Below are positions 1 to 12,362 of a stretch of 64,000 nt of DNA, piece after piece (position 1 is the stretch's first letter; every line of letters starts with the position of its first letter). This stretch comes from Paraspadella gotoi. Lineage: Eukaryota; Animalia; Chaetognatha. Location of the stretch: the NCBI GenBank assembly GCA_051294375.1, contig CM119265.1, positions 26,413,472 to 26,477,471 of the forward strand, in the 5' to 3' direction. Below the pieces are notes generated by a model. It was not told where the DNA came from. It saw nothing but the letters and a program-made list of their open reading frames with translations, and ran no database searches. The translations under genes and the position numbers were made by a program.

Positions 1-29
1 AAGATCTGACCCATTTGAGAGGACAGCGT

Positions 30-245
30 ATCAAGATGGGCCTATGGATGGGGCATGTGATGGGCTTATGAACCTTGAGATGTGCCTTGAGGATGGCTAT
101 TTAGATGGCCTTATGGATGGACCTTGAGATGTGCCTATAGGATGGCTATTTAGATGGCCTATGGATGGACTCCTTGCAGTATGTGCACTATAGATGGCTA
201 TTTAGATGGCCTTATGGATGGACTTTGAGATGGGCCTCTGAATGG
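30..245. repeat. Degenerate ~50-bp minisatellite built from ~10-bp GATGG subunits
   Basis: Recurring accttgagatgtgcct...ggatggctatttagatggccttatggatgg units. Confidence 0.8.
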
Positions 246-1047
246 GAACTGACATAACTATTGATCTGAGGAAAAAAAAGGGAGGGGTGGAAATGAAAAA
301 ATGGCTTCAACGAAAATTATACTCTTTTTTTGTATATTTATTCTTATTTACTTATTTCCCCTCAATTATACAACGTATAAGATGAACGATTCTCTCCCCA
401 GAGATTTCCCCAATCCACACAACGCTTACGACTTCTTCCTCCTCCTCCTCCTCCTCCTCCTCCTCCATTAAATTCTTCTTTTTTTTTCTTTCTTATTTTT
501 GAATCCTTTGTTTTCCGGACGCTCGTTGCCGTCGAACGCGGGACGAAAAGAGCAGCTGAGGGACGAGAGTCCCTTCAAGTTACCGGATGTAATTGGGAGG
601 AAGGGAGAAGAAGGAAGGGATGGATGGGAGGAAAGGAAATAAGAAAGGATCAAAAGGGAAAAAGGAATGATAGGAGGGAGAAATTAAGGAGGGATGGATA
701 AGGAAGGAATAAAGAAGAGCGAAAGAAAAGCAAAGAAGTTAGAAAGGTGGAAGAAGGGAAAAGAGGTAAAATTAGAGAAGAAAACAATAGAATAAGAAAA
801 GGTGGAGAGAGAATTTAAGAGGCCTTTGGAGAATCAAGTAAAACAATTTAAATCGTTTTGAAGACTTAACTTAATACTTCTTTTTTCTACTGTGCTTTTA
901 GAGTAATGGTTAATTTTTGATTCAAGATAAAAATGACGTCAAAGAAAATAAGATAAATTTTAATTAAATTCGTTATAATGGTTATCGTTGTAGTTAATTA
1001 TTACTGAATTATTTTGAATTTATTTCTTAATTTGGTAAGGAAACTTT

Positions 1048-1141
<94 letters not shown>

Positions 1142-3178
1142 CTCTCTATCTGTTTTTCTATCTGACTTCCGTCTACGTTTCCACGCTTGTAAATAGTCTG
1201 GAATCTTATATTTCTCCCAGGCGACGAGGGAAACCAGCGAGCCAACTTTCTAGAGAGAAAACTCGTCCAAACTTGGGATTCGATTTTTTTGTTGGCAAAT
1301 TCTCATTTTTTCGTGTTAAAATTTTATCAAATTTGATTAAATTTCTGTTTTTATAAACAAGCAAACATGGACTGTNNNNNNNNNNNNNNNNNNNNNNNNN
1401 NNNNNNNNNNNNNNNNNNNNNNNNNNNNNNNNNNNNNNNNNNNNNNNNNNNNNNNNNNNNNNNNNNNNNNNNNNNNNNNNNNNNNNNNNNNNNNNNNNNN
1501 NNNNNNNNNNNNNNNNNNNNNNNNNNNNNNNNNNNNNNNNNNNNNNNNNNNNNNNNNNNNNNNNNNNNNNNNNNNNNNNNNNNNNNNNNNNNNNNNNNNN
1601 NNNNNNNNNNNNNNNNNNNNNNNNNNNNNNNNNNNNNNNNNNNNNNNNNNNNNNNNNNNNNNNNNNNNNNNNNNNNNNNNNNNNNNNNNNNNNNNNNNNN
1701 NNNNNNNNNNNNNNNNNNNNNNNNNNNNNNNNNNNNNNNNNNNNNNNNNNNNNNNNNNNNNNNNNNNNNNNNNNNNNNNNNNNNNNNNNNNNNNNNNNNN
1801 NNNNNNNNNNNNNNNNNNNNNNNNNNNNNNNNNNNNNNNNNNNNNNNNNNNNNNNNNNNNNNNNNNNNNNNNNNNNNNNNNNNNNNNNNNNNNNNNNNNN
1901 NNNNNNNNNNNNNNNNNNNNNNNNNNNNNNNNNNNNNNNNNNNNNNNNNNNNNNNNNNGTATTTTTTATCTGAACTTGATCTGGAATGAAACTTATGATT
2001 CAATTTCAGAAAGACGTAAAGATTAAATGATTTAAAGAATTAAATAATTAATGATTTAAAAATTTAAAAAATTATAGATTCGAAATGTAGACTTTTTATA
2101 TTTTTTTGGTTGTAACATTTTAAAAAACTAATTAGAAAAGGGATAAATCAAAGAATGTGAACTGAAAAAAAAAGAAACGGGAAAGGGAATTTAAAGGAAC
2201 GTCGAACAAAAGAGCAACGCGATGAATAAATACAAAGCGGCCTCTTTTGAGAAGAAGGTTGAGAGCCGTGTAATGTGTTGGAAGAAAGGAAAAGAAGAGA
2301 GAAGAAGAAAAGAGAAGAGAAGAGAAGAGAAGAAGAATATAAAGATTTAAGTATGAAAAGAAAAAGAAAGAAAAAAAAACAGGCTAAATCAAATAAATAT
2401 GTATTATTAAGACATTAATATTAATTATGTATAATGGATTAAAACGACAAATTGACGGATATTAAGGAATAAAGAGCTTTTTAAAAAAAATGAATATAAG
2501 AAAACAGCGATGAGAAATAGTGAAGAATATTAATTAAGGTAGGATGATAAACCGAAGGTAAAGGACGGACTGAGGAAGGAAGCGATCTCGCCCGTGGGCA
2601 GAAGAAAGATGATTTGTGGAAACTGAGAGGGAGGGGAAATTGGAATCGAGAGATGGAGTGGGAGTGAGATAGAGAGCGAGATGATGGAGGAAAGAGAAGG
2701 AAGCAAAAATGGCAAAAAGCGCCTCATTTCAGTATTAATTTACGCGATTGGGTTACTTGGGTTTAGATAAGGAATTAGCGTTAGGGATTACGGTTAAGAA
2801 ATATGATTATGGATAAAGATTAAGGATTAAGAATTTCAACGAGGGATTAGAGTTAAGGATTAGATTAGGTTTATCAGCGAATTAGGAACAGAAATGGAGC
2901 TCTTTCGGAATATAGTGCCAAAAAATGAGCATCTTCGAGGAAGGAAGCGTCGTTAATTAAGTTGTTGAGTTTTAATAATGAAAAACAAACGACGAAAGTG
3001 AAGAAGGAGAGAGACAAGGAGGAAAAGAAGAAGACTGGGAGGAGAGAGAGAGGGAGAGGGAGAGAGAGAAATGAAGTGATATACGAGACAGAGAGGGAGA
3101 GAATAAACACATAAATAGAAGATATAAAGATCGAATGGAGATTCAAGGAATATGGAAAATATTCTCTCTCTTTCTCTC

Positions 3179-3273
<95 letters not shown>

Positions 3274-3577
3274 TTCTCTCTCTGGCTTCCATCGGTTTTC
3301 TTCAAGAAGCACCTCAATGTTAGAACCACACAAGTCCCCATAAATTCGTTCTGCTCGGGGCAGCCAGTCTGCCCGCCCCATGGGGCAGCCCGGCTGCCCA
3401 CCCCATGGGGATGCCCTTAACCGCGCCCCGCGGGGAATCAAACATGGGCGTGGCTGGAACTTGGCTGAAAAAGGAGAGAACGAGGGAGAAATACAAAGAG
3501 AGGGAGGCGAGAAAGAGAGGGGTGATACTGATAGAGTGTGAAAAAGAATAAGGGAAAAGGAGAGAGAGAAACAAACC

Positions 3578-3754
<177 letters not shown>

Positions 3755-4166
3755 TTCGTGAGGATGAAAAAAGTGTTCATCATCCGGGACTCGTAAAGAG
3801 ATAGAAATATGGGGTCGGTCGGTCGGTCTGTTTCGGCCGCTGACTAATGAGCGTTGGGCACTTGAGGGACGAAGAGGGAGAAAAGGAGAGAGGAGAAAAA
3901 AAAAGAGCATCGAAAGGAGAGAAGAAGAAAATAAGAAGGAAAAAGAAATAACCAAAAAAAAAAAAGAAATAAAAAGAGTTTGTTCGATCGCTTTGAGTAG
4001 ATATAATGAAAGTGAAAATACGTATTAAAACTTGATAGCGTGTTTTAAAAGGAAACATGTTACACAGTTTATGCGACTCCATCAACGACCTTAGGTACTA
4101 TCTAGGAAAAAAGTTTATGACATTTTTATAGAGAGCAAAGAATTTTGAATTTAACAACGATTTTTT

Positions 4167-4237
4167 TTTATTAGTAGTTGGACATGTTTCGGCTTGCTTA
4201 TTTCAAGCCTTCATCAGCATATGACATCAATAATAAA
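4167..4237 (-). ncRNA. Type I hammerhead ribozyme in the PLE pLTR
   Basis: Minus strand reads UUUAUUA...UG-CUGAUGA-A-GGCUUG(AAAUAAG)CAAGCC-GAAA-CAUG-UC-CA...UAAUAAA. The core is complete, stem II is 6 bp, stem III is the palindrome ACAUGU, and GUC cleavage is predicted between 4181 and 4180. Confidence 0.85.
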
Positions 4238-4253
4238 TTTTGTGCAAAAGAAG

Positions 4254-4291
<38 letters not shown>

Positions 4292-4398
4292 GAAAAGTTT
4301 TTCACCAACAAAGTGGTGAAACAAGAATAGTGGTCAGATGTGAGGACAGGTTGAAGGTGAGGACAGATTGAGTGAGTTGTGAAAAGAAGTGAAACTTG

Positions 4399-4434
<36 letters not shown>

Positions 4435-5079
4435 GAGAGAGAGAAACAAAAACAACAGAGATAAATAAAATAATAAAGATACATTTTTGCAATGTACAAC
4501 AAAGATAAAGGAGTTTGAAAAACTAACATTGGAGAAATTTTAACATTTAACTATTGAATAAATAAGTAATTAGCTAAGGGATAGTTAAGTGAAAATGAAA
4601 TATGAAAGAAAGTAGTTTTTAGTTTTAGTTGATAATTAGGAGATTAAGAAAGTGAAATTCAAGGGAAAGAAAGAGCTCAAAGTGAGCTGGCCCCCTTGTT
4701 TTATGCAAATAAGGACAAGGACGATGATGACGGGTCATTGGCGTGTCAGTGGCTGAGAGGAGAGTATGACCGAACTGATGAATGCCGGATTGGGAAGCGA
4801 TCCTTGCGAAAGATCCCCAGGGCTACTCTTATGTCTCTTTGGGCCTGATACGCCTGCCGGCTGCCCTTTTCTCGCCTGCTGACGAGGTGGGCGGTTGTCC
4901 GTTCTTGCCACTTTTTGTGACAGGAGTGACGGAACTCCTCTCCCTCCTCTGAAGCCGTCGCTTTGGGCGGCGCTCAGTCCGCAGAGGGAGGGGCTGAGTT
5001 GCTGCATAAAGGGAGAGGCATCGTTTGCCCATTGCATGCGCAAGGGTCTCCCCTGTCTCGTTGAGTGGAGATAGGGGAG

Positions 5080-5927
5080 TCATTGTGCGGGCGTGGTGGC
5101 GGGCGGGGCCTCCACCACGCTTTTGATAAGCGAATCATAGCTTGGAGGGAGATCGAATCGTCCTCCATCACGGTTCAAAGAGGGCTCGAGGGCTTTGATG
5201 TAAATTGCCTCTCTAATACCTCTTGAGAACCAGTTCGGGTCATGGGACAGCACGAGACAGTCTGATTCCCTGAACAGATGGCCTGTGTCTGCGAATGTTC
5301 AGCAATTGCGGACAAATAGTGACCTCGGGCGTCACGGTAAGGTTTTTTTGTGTTTGTTGGAATCCGATCTGTCAGAGACTTTCCTGTCTCTCCCGTATGG
5401 CTGCTGCACAGGATTGGTTGCCCACCCCTGCACAGGCCGCCCAGTAGACGGCTCCTGATGTTTTCGGTCTGGGGATTTTATCTTTCGGTTTCACCAATTG
5501 CTCACGTAGGGAGCCGCGGGCCGTCACTGAAGTGGAGATCCCCTGCTTTGCCAGCACCCCGACCAAAGCTTCAGTGATCCCCTGGTGGTAGGGGAGGGAC
5601 AAGTGACCCCACGTTCCTTGGGCGCTTCTGCTTATCTTCCACTTGCGCTGGTGGTGGGCGCGGTCGGCTCTTCAGCAGCAAGCTCCGCGTTCTGCCTCCT
5701 GGGGGGGTGAGGTAGAACCTGCGTCAGCGGTTACTTGGACAGCCCCTGGTTGGCCACTGTCCTCAGCCAGGCGCGGCCGATACCTAGCCTTCTCGAAAGG
5801 CCCACAATGGGTAGCCATTGATCGCCAAGGTCTCTTTTGATGTGCTCGAGCTCGGCGGCCTGAAAGCTCGGGGGTCGACGGAATCCAGTGCAGCTCTCCT
5901 GGTAAGGATCTGACCGGTGGCGAGCTT
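5080..5927 (-). pseudogene. Frameshifted PLE ORF C-terminus (RT thumb, linker, GIY-YIG endonuclease)
   Basis: Pieced across frameshifts: AELEHIKETLAINGYPLWAF (thumb NGYP), LSLPYHQGITEAL...LVKPKDKIP...GAVYWAAC (linker and start of GIY-YIG), NWFSRGIREAIYIKALEPSLNRDGGRFDL (end of GIY-YIG). Confidence 0.88.
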
Positions 5928-6074
5928 GTTTATTATTGAATGTCATATGCTGATGAAGGCTTGAAATAAGCAAGCCGAACAATGTCCAACTACTAATAAA
6001 AAAATCGTTGTTAAATTCAAAATTCTTTGCTCTCTCTAATACCTATGAACAACGAAAGAAAGGATTAACGCATC
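5928..6074 (+). repeat. Inverted pLTR copy with a variant hammerhead core and a ~38-nt 3' extension
   Basis: Reverse complement of 4131-4237, but GAAACATGTC reads GAACAATGTC. The extension 6037-6074 contains acaacgaaagaa. Confidence 0.8.
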
Positions 6075-7328
6075 ATGACATTTTTATAAAAGATATCTAC
6101 TCGAAAACTTATTTAATTTAAAAAAATCAGAACGTTTCCGAATCTATATTAAATTTTCTTTCAGTAGCTTCTTTCTATTTTTTTGTAAGGTCAAATCGTT
6201 TAGAAGTTACAGGCAAAAAATATTGTTACTTCAAATAAAATGGCGATATAAATGTTTTTTAATTTTTACCATTTTTGGTATTTAGTTATTTGTTTTTTAT
6301 TTTAAATAAAGTTAGTTATTTTTTAAATATTTTTTTTTTTTAATTTGGCAAAGCTAAGGCCTTGCACCTTTTTCTGGTTCAAAAAAGCATTATTATAGCT
6401 CTCAGAAAAGAGGGAAAGATGCCCAACATTAATATCGGGGCTGCACAGAATTGTGTTAAAGATGTCAAAAAACATTTCACTTTCATACCTCAATTTGCTG
6501 TATAAAAGCATACCCAGATAAAGGCAGGCAGTAGTTGTCCGAGAAGGGTATACCAAATATTAAGAATGTTATCACTTTTTACCCATGTTTTATAAACTTT
6601 TTATTGAATAAATGAATTAAGTCATATACTTTTTTCCTAGATAGTATTTGACCAAGAGAGAAGATCTCTCCCTCTCTCTCTCTCTCTCTCTCTGGCTGAA
6701 CGATCGTGGAAGTTAGGTGGTGTGAATACTAAATATACCACCACATTATCATCTTTCTTTTTATTAAATTTAAAATTTGAAAATTATGCAACTATTGAAT
6801 AAACTGAAGTGAACAAAAAAATACACCAAAAAAAACGTATCTTTCCGTCCGTTTCCACAAAAAAAAAATTTATATTTAATATTGTTTTTGTTTTAGGCTA
6901 GGCTTACCTTTTTTTTCTTTTTACAGGGGAGTTGTGGGGGAGCACCGAGTTTATCCCGCCTTAAACTTTTGCTCCCTTTTTTAAAACGCCGGTCAAAAAA
7001 AATTTACCTTATACGGAATTATTTTCTTCGAGACCAACAGAGTCCTAACTTTCGGGAGCCTCCTCTTTCTATTTTCCATTAAATCCAAGTTTCTGTTTGT
7101 CTGATTTCCGGGAATATTTTGGTTCCATTTTTTTCTACATCTTCCAGAGAGAGAGAGAGAGAGAGAAAGAGAGAGGGGAGAGAGAGGAGGAGAGACTTCC
7201 AAATATCACTTTCGTTTTCGTCTTCAACAAAGTCACTTTTTCCGTTGAAAAAACCTGATTGCTTCAATTTTCCGGGAGAAAGAGAGAGAGGCCCGCAATG
7301 TTATTTTTGTCGTAAAAACAGTTTGGTT

Positions 7329-7357
7329 TGTTTACGTTTCTTTGTTGTCATGGAAAC
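7329..7357. promoter_or_regulatory. RFX X-box-like site next to a forkhead-type site
   Basis: GTTGTCATGGAAAC at 7344-7357 resembles the X-box GTTNCCATGGNAAC; TGTTTAC lies at 7329-7335. Motif match only. Confidence 0.35.
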
Positions 7358-7454
7358 CGAGAGAGAGACAGTGAAAAAGAAATATGAAGACGATTGATGA
7401 TTGACGATACATTCAACACACTCCCAACAAAATTTCTCATTTCCATCCCCCTTT

Positions 7455-7750
7455 ACCTCCTTTTGATTCCATACAAACCCACCTTTTCCTCAGACTGATT
7501 CCATACAAACCGTTTTCTCTGCTACTGATCCCCTACAATTCCTGCTTTTCCCCTGACTGATCACCAACAATCCCTTCTTTTTCCCCTGACTGATCCCCTA
7601 CAATCCCTTCTTTTTCCCCTAACTAATCCCCTACAATCCCTTCTTTTTCACCTGACTTATCCCTACAATCCCTTCTTTTTCCCCTAATTGATCCCCTGCC
7701 ATCCCTTCTTTTTCCCCTAATTGATAGTTTACAAATCCTCCTTCCCTTCC
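7455..7750. repeat. ~31-bp minisatellite
   Basis: About 8-9 copies of ctgatcccctacaatcccttctttttcccctga and variants. Confidence 0.85.
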
Positions 7751-8025
7751 ATCTCCCCCAATCCCCCACCGACTCGTTCCCCTCTTTCCTCCAACGCATC
7801 GAAATTCCGACCAAAAGATGTTCCTTTGTTCCGCGACCGGCTGGAGACGGCCGCCCGCTAATTCGCGACGCCACCGCTGTTCTTCTTCCTCGCTCGAAAG
7901 AAGAGTTAAAAATGAGGGAAATTTAAATTAAGTGAAGAACATCTAGATGTACAATTTTGTACATCTATGATACTATTAAGTATTGTATTATCTATAGCTA
8001 GGAAAACGACGTAAAAAAGTCATAT

Positions 8026-8073
<48 letters not shown>

Positions 8074-8098
8074 TCTCTCTCTCCTCTCTTCTCTCTCT

Positions 8099-8138
<40 letters not shown>

Positions 8139-8181
8139 ATCTATACCTCTCTTCTCTCTCTCTCTCTCTCTAATCTATCTA

Positions 8182-8338
<157 letters not shown>

Positions 8339-8407
8339 GTCAATGCAGTGAATCGCTTTTCCTTCTGTTTTGGTAGTTGATTGCTTCCGCTGTTTTCTCC
8401 TTCTATT

Positions 8408-8476
<69 letters not shown>

Positions 8477-9700
8477 AGAGAGAAGATCGGAGAGAGAGCT
8501 TTCCTTCTTTTTGTGTTCCCCGGATTTTTCTAAAAAGCTTTTTTTTCCAACGACACAAAACGACGTAACTATTTTAGCCGAGAAAAAAAATGAAAAATTT
8601 GTTGCTCGTAAAAAGTTTACAAAGACATTTATAAATAGAAAAAAGTGAAATATGAGAATTTCGAAAGCAAGGACAAAGCAAAAAAATTAAAGCAAGGCAC
8701 AAAAGCAGGACAAAGCAAGAATTTCGAAAAGCAAGGACCAAGGAAAAAAGAAAGAAAGAAAAAATAGAAGATGAAGATATTTTTATGAAGTTTTTGTTAT
8801 TTTCCAAAAAAATTTAAGTTATTTTTGATAAGATGAGACGGCTTGTTTCAATTCGTTCTATCAACGTTTATGCAATTTCACGCGGCAGCAAAACAAGAAT
8901 CGGCCCAATCATGGCATCAGTAGTGCGGGAAGAGAAACGATTCCAACGATTCACTACGAACTCGGGGGGAAAAAAATTACAAAAAAACTTTCGTCGAAAA
9001 GTTTAGGCAAAATTAAAACTAGAGCTTGTAATTAGCAAAGGGAAATGTCGTCGTCGTCGTCGTCGTCGTTGTTAGAAGCATTATTTCATTCTTGAGTTGT
9101 CATCACAGTGACAATTTTATTTTTCGTTGTCTTTTTATTTTTTTTCTTTCACTAATACTAAGTTATACCATTTTATTGACAGAAATGCCATTTGCTCTGG
9201 AAGTTAAAAACTATATGACTATGAGAAAGAGTCTTGAGTAAAAGTTTGTATATCTTGTAAGAGGGAATAAATACTTAAACCACCATTTGTTGTCAAGATA
9301 TGAAGCTTATTATGAATTGAATGAATATATTTTAAACCTTTTGTACTTATTTCATTGGCGAATTGATTGATTGGGTTCAGACATGGCTTCAGACATGGCT
9401 TCCGACATGGCTTTCCGTTGATTGTTTTCAGACTCTGCCCTCTTCTCGCTGATGAATGTTAGTTATCATTTACTTTGTTAGCGTCATCGTTGTTTACATA
9501 TAGTCGTCGTCGTCGTCTCGTTGTCCAAAAAAAATCCAGAAAGAAATCCATCGAAAGTGAAAATTTAGACGGGGAAAAATCATTTGGAGACGACCAGAGA
9601 GAAAGAAAGAGAGAGAAAAGAGAGAAGAGAGAGAGAGAGAGAGAGAAAGAGAAGAGAAGAGAGAGAGAGAGAGAAAAGAGAGGAGAGAGAGAGAGAGAAG

Positions 9701-9737
<37 letters not shown>

Positions 9738-9758
9738 GATAGAAAGAGAGTAGAGAGT

Positions 9759-9805
<47 letters not shown>

Positions 9806-10619
9806 AGAGAGAGAGAGAGAAAGACTCGGAAAATTATGACCGAAATTCGTGGTGAATTTCGCGGTTGAGAGACGCCAACGATTGTGGGGGAATTCGGGGT
9901 TGAGGGGGGGTGGGTGAATGTGGGGGTGAGGGGGGGTGCAGAGTGGGTGAGAGGGGTTGAGAGGGGGTTGAATGTGCGCGGTGCAGGGGCGGGGGTTGAG
10001 AAGGGGTTGAGCAGGGGTTGAGAGGGGGTTGAATGTGGCGGTGAGGGATGTTTGGAGGAAGAGCGAAAACGACGAGTCCTGACACCGACTCACGAAATTG
10101 TAGAGTTTGGGAAAAAAACCGAAAAAGCGACATGAAAAAACGAATGGAATTTTCGGGGACGATAGACTTGATTGTCAATACGGACAAATTGACGATAAAA
10201 AATGTATTATTTAACAACGAATTTCTTTTTTTAAAAAAGACCTGAAAATGAGTAATTTTTAGTGTTTATACAAAAAGCAACGTCTGATTAACGGTATCGT
10301 CCTGGAGAGATTGTCTACAAAGAAGTACCACAGGTTTGAAGGTCCGGTCCCTCGGACGCAAATGCCAAGACCAAAATCGGGACTTACTCTCTGAAGCCGC
10401 AGAATGTTTCTCATTCGCCATTGGTCTATTTCCTGCGATGTTAGGATACAAAGAAATTTATCTAAATAAATCCACTTTGATTTCATATTGAAATCCCCGT
10501 CGACTTACAAAATTTAAAAAATTTAAAAAATTCGACAGAGGTTGTTCTTTTGTTTCGATCGATGTGCCCAGCGTCAAAGATGGAATTGGCAGTCGTTGAC
10601 ATTTAACCTGACGGACGTA

Positions 10620-10670
10620 GATTCTGATTGGTCAACGGCGGGTATCCTCAAGATGACGTGATTGGACGCC
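10620..10670 (-). promoter_or_regulatory. Promoter-like cluster (two CCAAT boxes and a TGACGT CRE half-site), repeated in each tandem unit
   Basis: ctgattggtc and gatgacgtgattggacg; also present at ~14990-15035 and, degenerate, at ~22378-22425. Confidence 0.35.
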
Positions 10671-12224
10671 CTTCCATTCCGTCCCAAGCTCTACCGCGAA
10701 GGCTAAGATTACAGTGGAGAGCCAACCCCGCCGAGGTTAGAAGGACTTTTTAAATAAGAGAGTCATTAAGTCGATCGGCGTTTTAACTGATTATGTATAA
10801 AGAAAAATAATGTAATATATTATCTATAATTAATTAATTTTATATCTTAATTGTACTGGGTTGCGAAATTCTTTTAATAAAAGAGTTGGTAAAATTGAAT
10901 AATTTAAGGAAAAGTAAAGGAAAATGAGCGACATTAAAGAAGGTGAAGTAAAAAATTCACGCTTGTATTGAATGAAGATTGTGAATTGTGAAAAAAAAAT
11001 TTTCAGTCGTTTTTTCTCCACTATAGACAAACGGACCGACCGTCTGGAAATCGCTTGGTCCCTTTACGGANNNNNNNNNNNNNNNNNNNNNNNNNNNNNN
11101 NNNNNNNNNNNNNNNNNNNNNNNNNNNNNNNNNNNNNNNNNNNNNNNNNNNNNNNNNNNNNNNNNNNNNNNNNNNNNNNNNNNNNNNNNNNNNNNNNNNN
11201 NNNNNNNNNNNNNNNNNNNNNNNNNNNNNNNNNNNNNNNNNNNNNNNNNNNNNNNNNNNNNNNNNNNNNNNNNNNNNNNNNNNNNNNNNNNNNNNNNNNN
11301 NNNNNNNNNNNNNNNNNNNNNNNNNNNNNNNNNNNNNNNNNNNNNNNNNNNNNNNNNNNNNNNNNNNNNNNNNNNNNNNNNNNNNNNNNNNNNNNNNNNN
11401 NNNNNNNNNNNNNNNNNNNNNNNNNNNNNNNNNNNNNNNNNNNNNNNNNNNNNNNNNNNNNNNNNNNNNNNNNNNNNNNNNNNNNNNNNNNNNNNNNNNN
11501 NNNNNNNNNNNNNNNNNNNNNNNNNNNNNNNNNNNNNNNNNNNNNNNNNNNNNNNNNNNNNNNNNNNNNNNNNNNNNNNNNNNNNNNNNNNNNNNNNNNN
11601 NNNNNNNNNNNNNNNNNNNNNNNNNNNNNNNNNNNNNNNNNNNNNNNNNNNNNNNNNNNNNNNNNNNNNNNNNNNNNNNNNNNNNNNNNNNNNNNNNNNN
11701 NNNNNNNNNNNNNNNNNNNNNNNNNNNNNNNNNNNNNNNNNNNNNNNNNNNNNNNNNNNNNNNNNNNNNNNNNNNNNNNNNNNNNNNNNNNNNNNNNNNN
11801 NNNNNNNNNNNNNNNNNNNNNNNNNNNNNNNNNNNNNNNNNNNNNNNNNNNNNNNNNNNNNNNNNNNNNNNNNNNNNNNNNNNNNNNNNNNNNNNNNNNN
11901 NNNNNNNNNNNNNNNNNNNNNTCAAAACTCTAAAACCGAATTGCTAAGACGAATTCATAATCCTAATCTTTAACCAAATCTCTAACTTAATCCAAAACCA
12001 TATCCCAAAACCCATAATCTAATATTGTACCAATTTCATAAAATTCAGCTCCTTGTATTTTGATGCTAGTGCGGAGTACAATAAGTATTCCCCGATCTAA
12101 TACTTAAGGGAGTGGTCTTTTCATACAATTGAAACATTCTTTGAAATATTTTCCACTTCATTGATAGGGAAGCCAGGTACTCTGGGAGTGAATAAACTAG
12201 ACTGTGAAAGAGTCTTGATTGAAA

Positions 12225-12362
12225 GCTTGCAGGGACCTGCTATGTCATTATCTTGTAAGAGTGATGGAGGCCTTAAACCACCAAAGCCTGTCCAAAGTCA
12301 GGGGCAAGATAGCTTATTTATTAAATGAATGGATAATTTTTATATTGGTTGTACCAATTTCA
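12225..12362. repeat. ~130-bp dispersed repeat family
   Basis: Core gacctgctatgtcattatcttgtaagagtgatgg...ggcaagatagcttatttattaaatgaatggataatttttatattggttgtac. Also at ~18940, ~24985 and ~44400; in reverse orientation at ~36778-36900 and ~53134-53255; degenerate at ~9250 and ~13765. Confidence 0.75.

Larger units (their letters stand above)
4131..6074 (-). mobile_element. 5'-truncated Penelope-like retroelement with an inverted pLTR copy and a 14-bp target-site duplication
   Basis: RT-thumb and GIY-YIG remnants on the minus strand. The 3' terminal segment 4131-4237 is repeated in inverted orientation at ~5928-6036. The direct repeat atgacatttttata flanks the insertion at 4117-4130 and 6075-6088. 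Confidence 0.88.
4096..6646. mobile_element. Non-autonomous Tc1/mariner-like MITE (~0.6 kb), interrupted by a Penelope-like insertion
   Basis: Terminal inverted repeats 4096-4121 (tactatctaggaaaaaagtttatgac) and 6621-6646 (reverse complement tactatctaggaaaaaagtatatgac) match at 25/26 nt, with TA outermost at both ends. No transposase seen. Confidence 0.7.

Noticed and set aside
10093-10242. GPCR TM2-like NTFFIVNLSV
   Set aside because: It lacks the conserved Asp (LAxxD) in all three copies, and no further transmembrane exons were found.
10957-11973. 200-330-aa ORFs containing X runs (also at 1.2-2.0, 31.3-32.1 and 52.0-52.8 kb)
   Set aside because: They only span N gaps.
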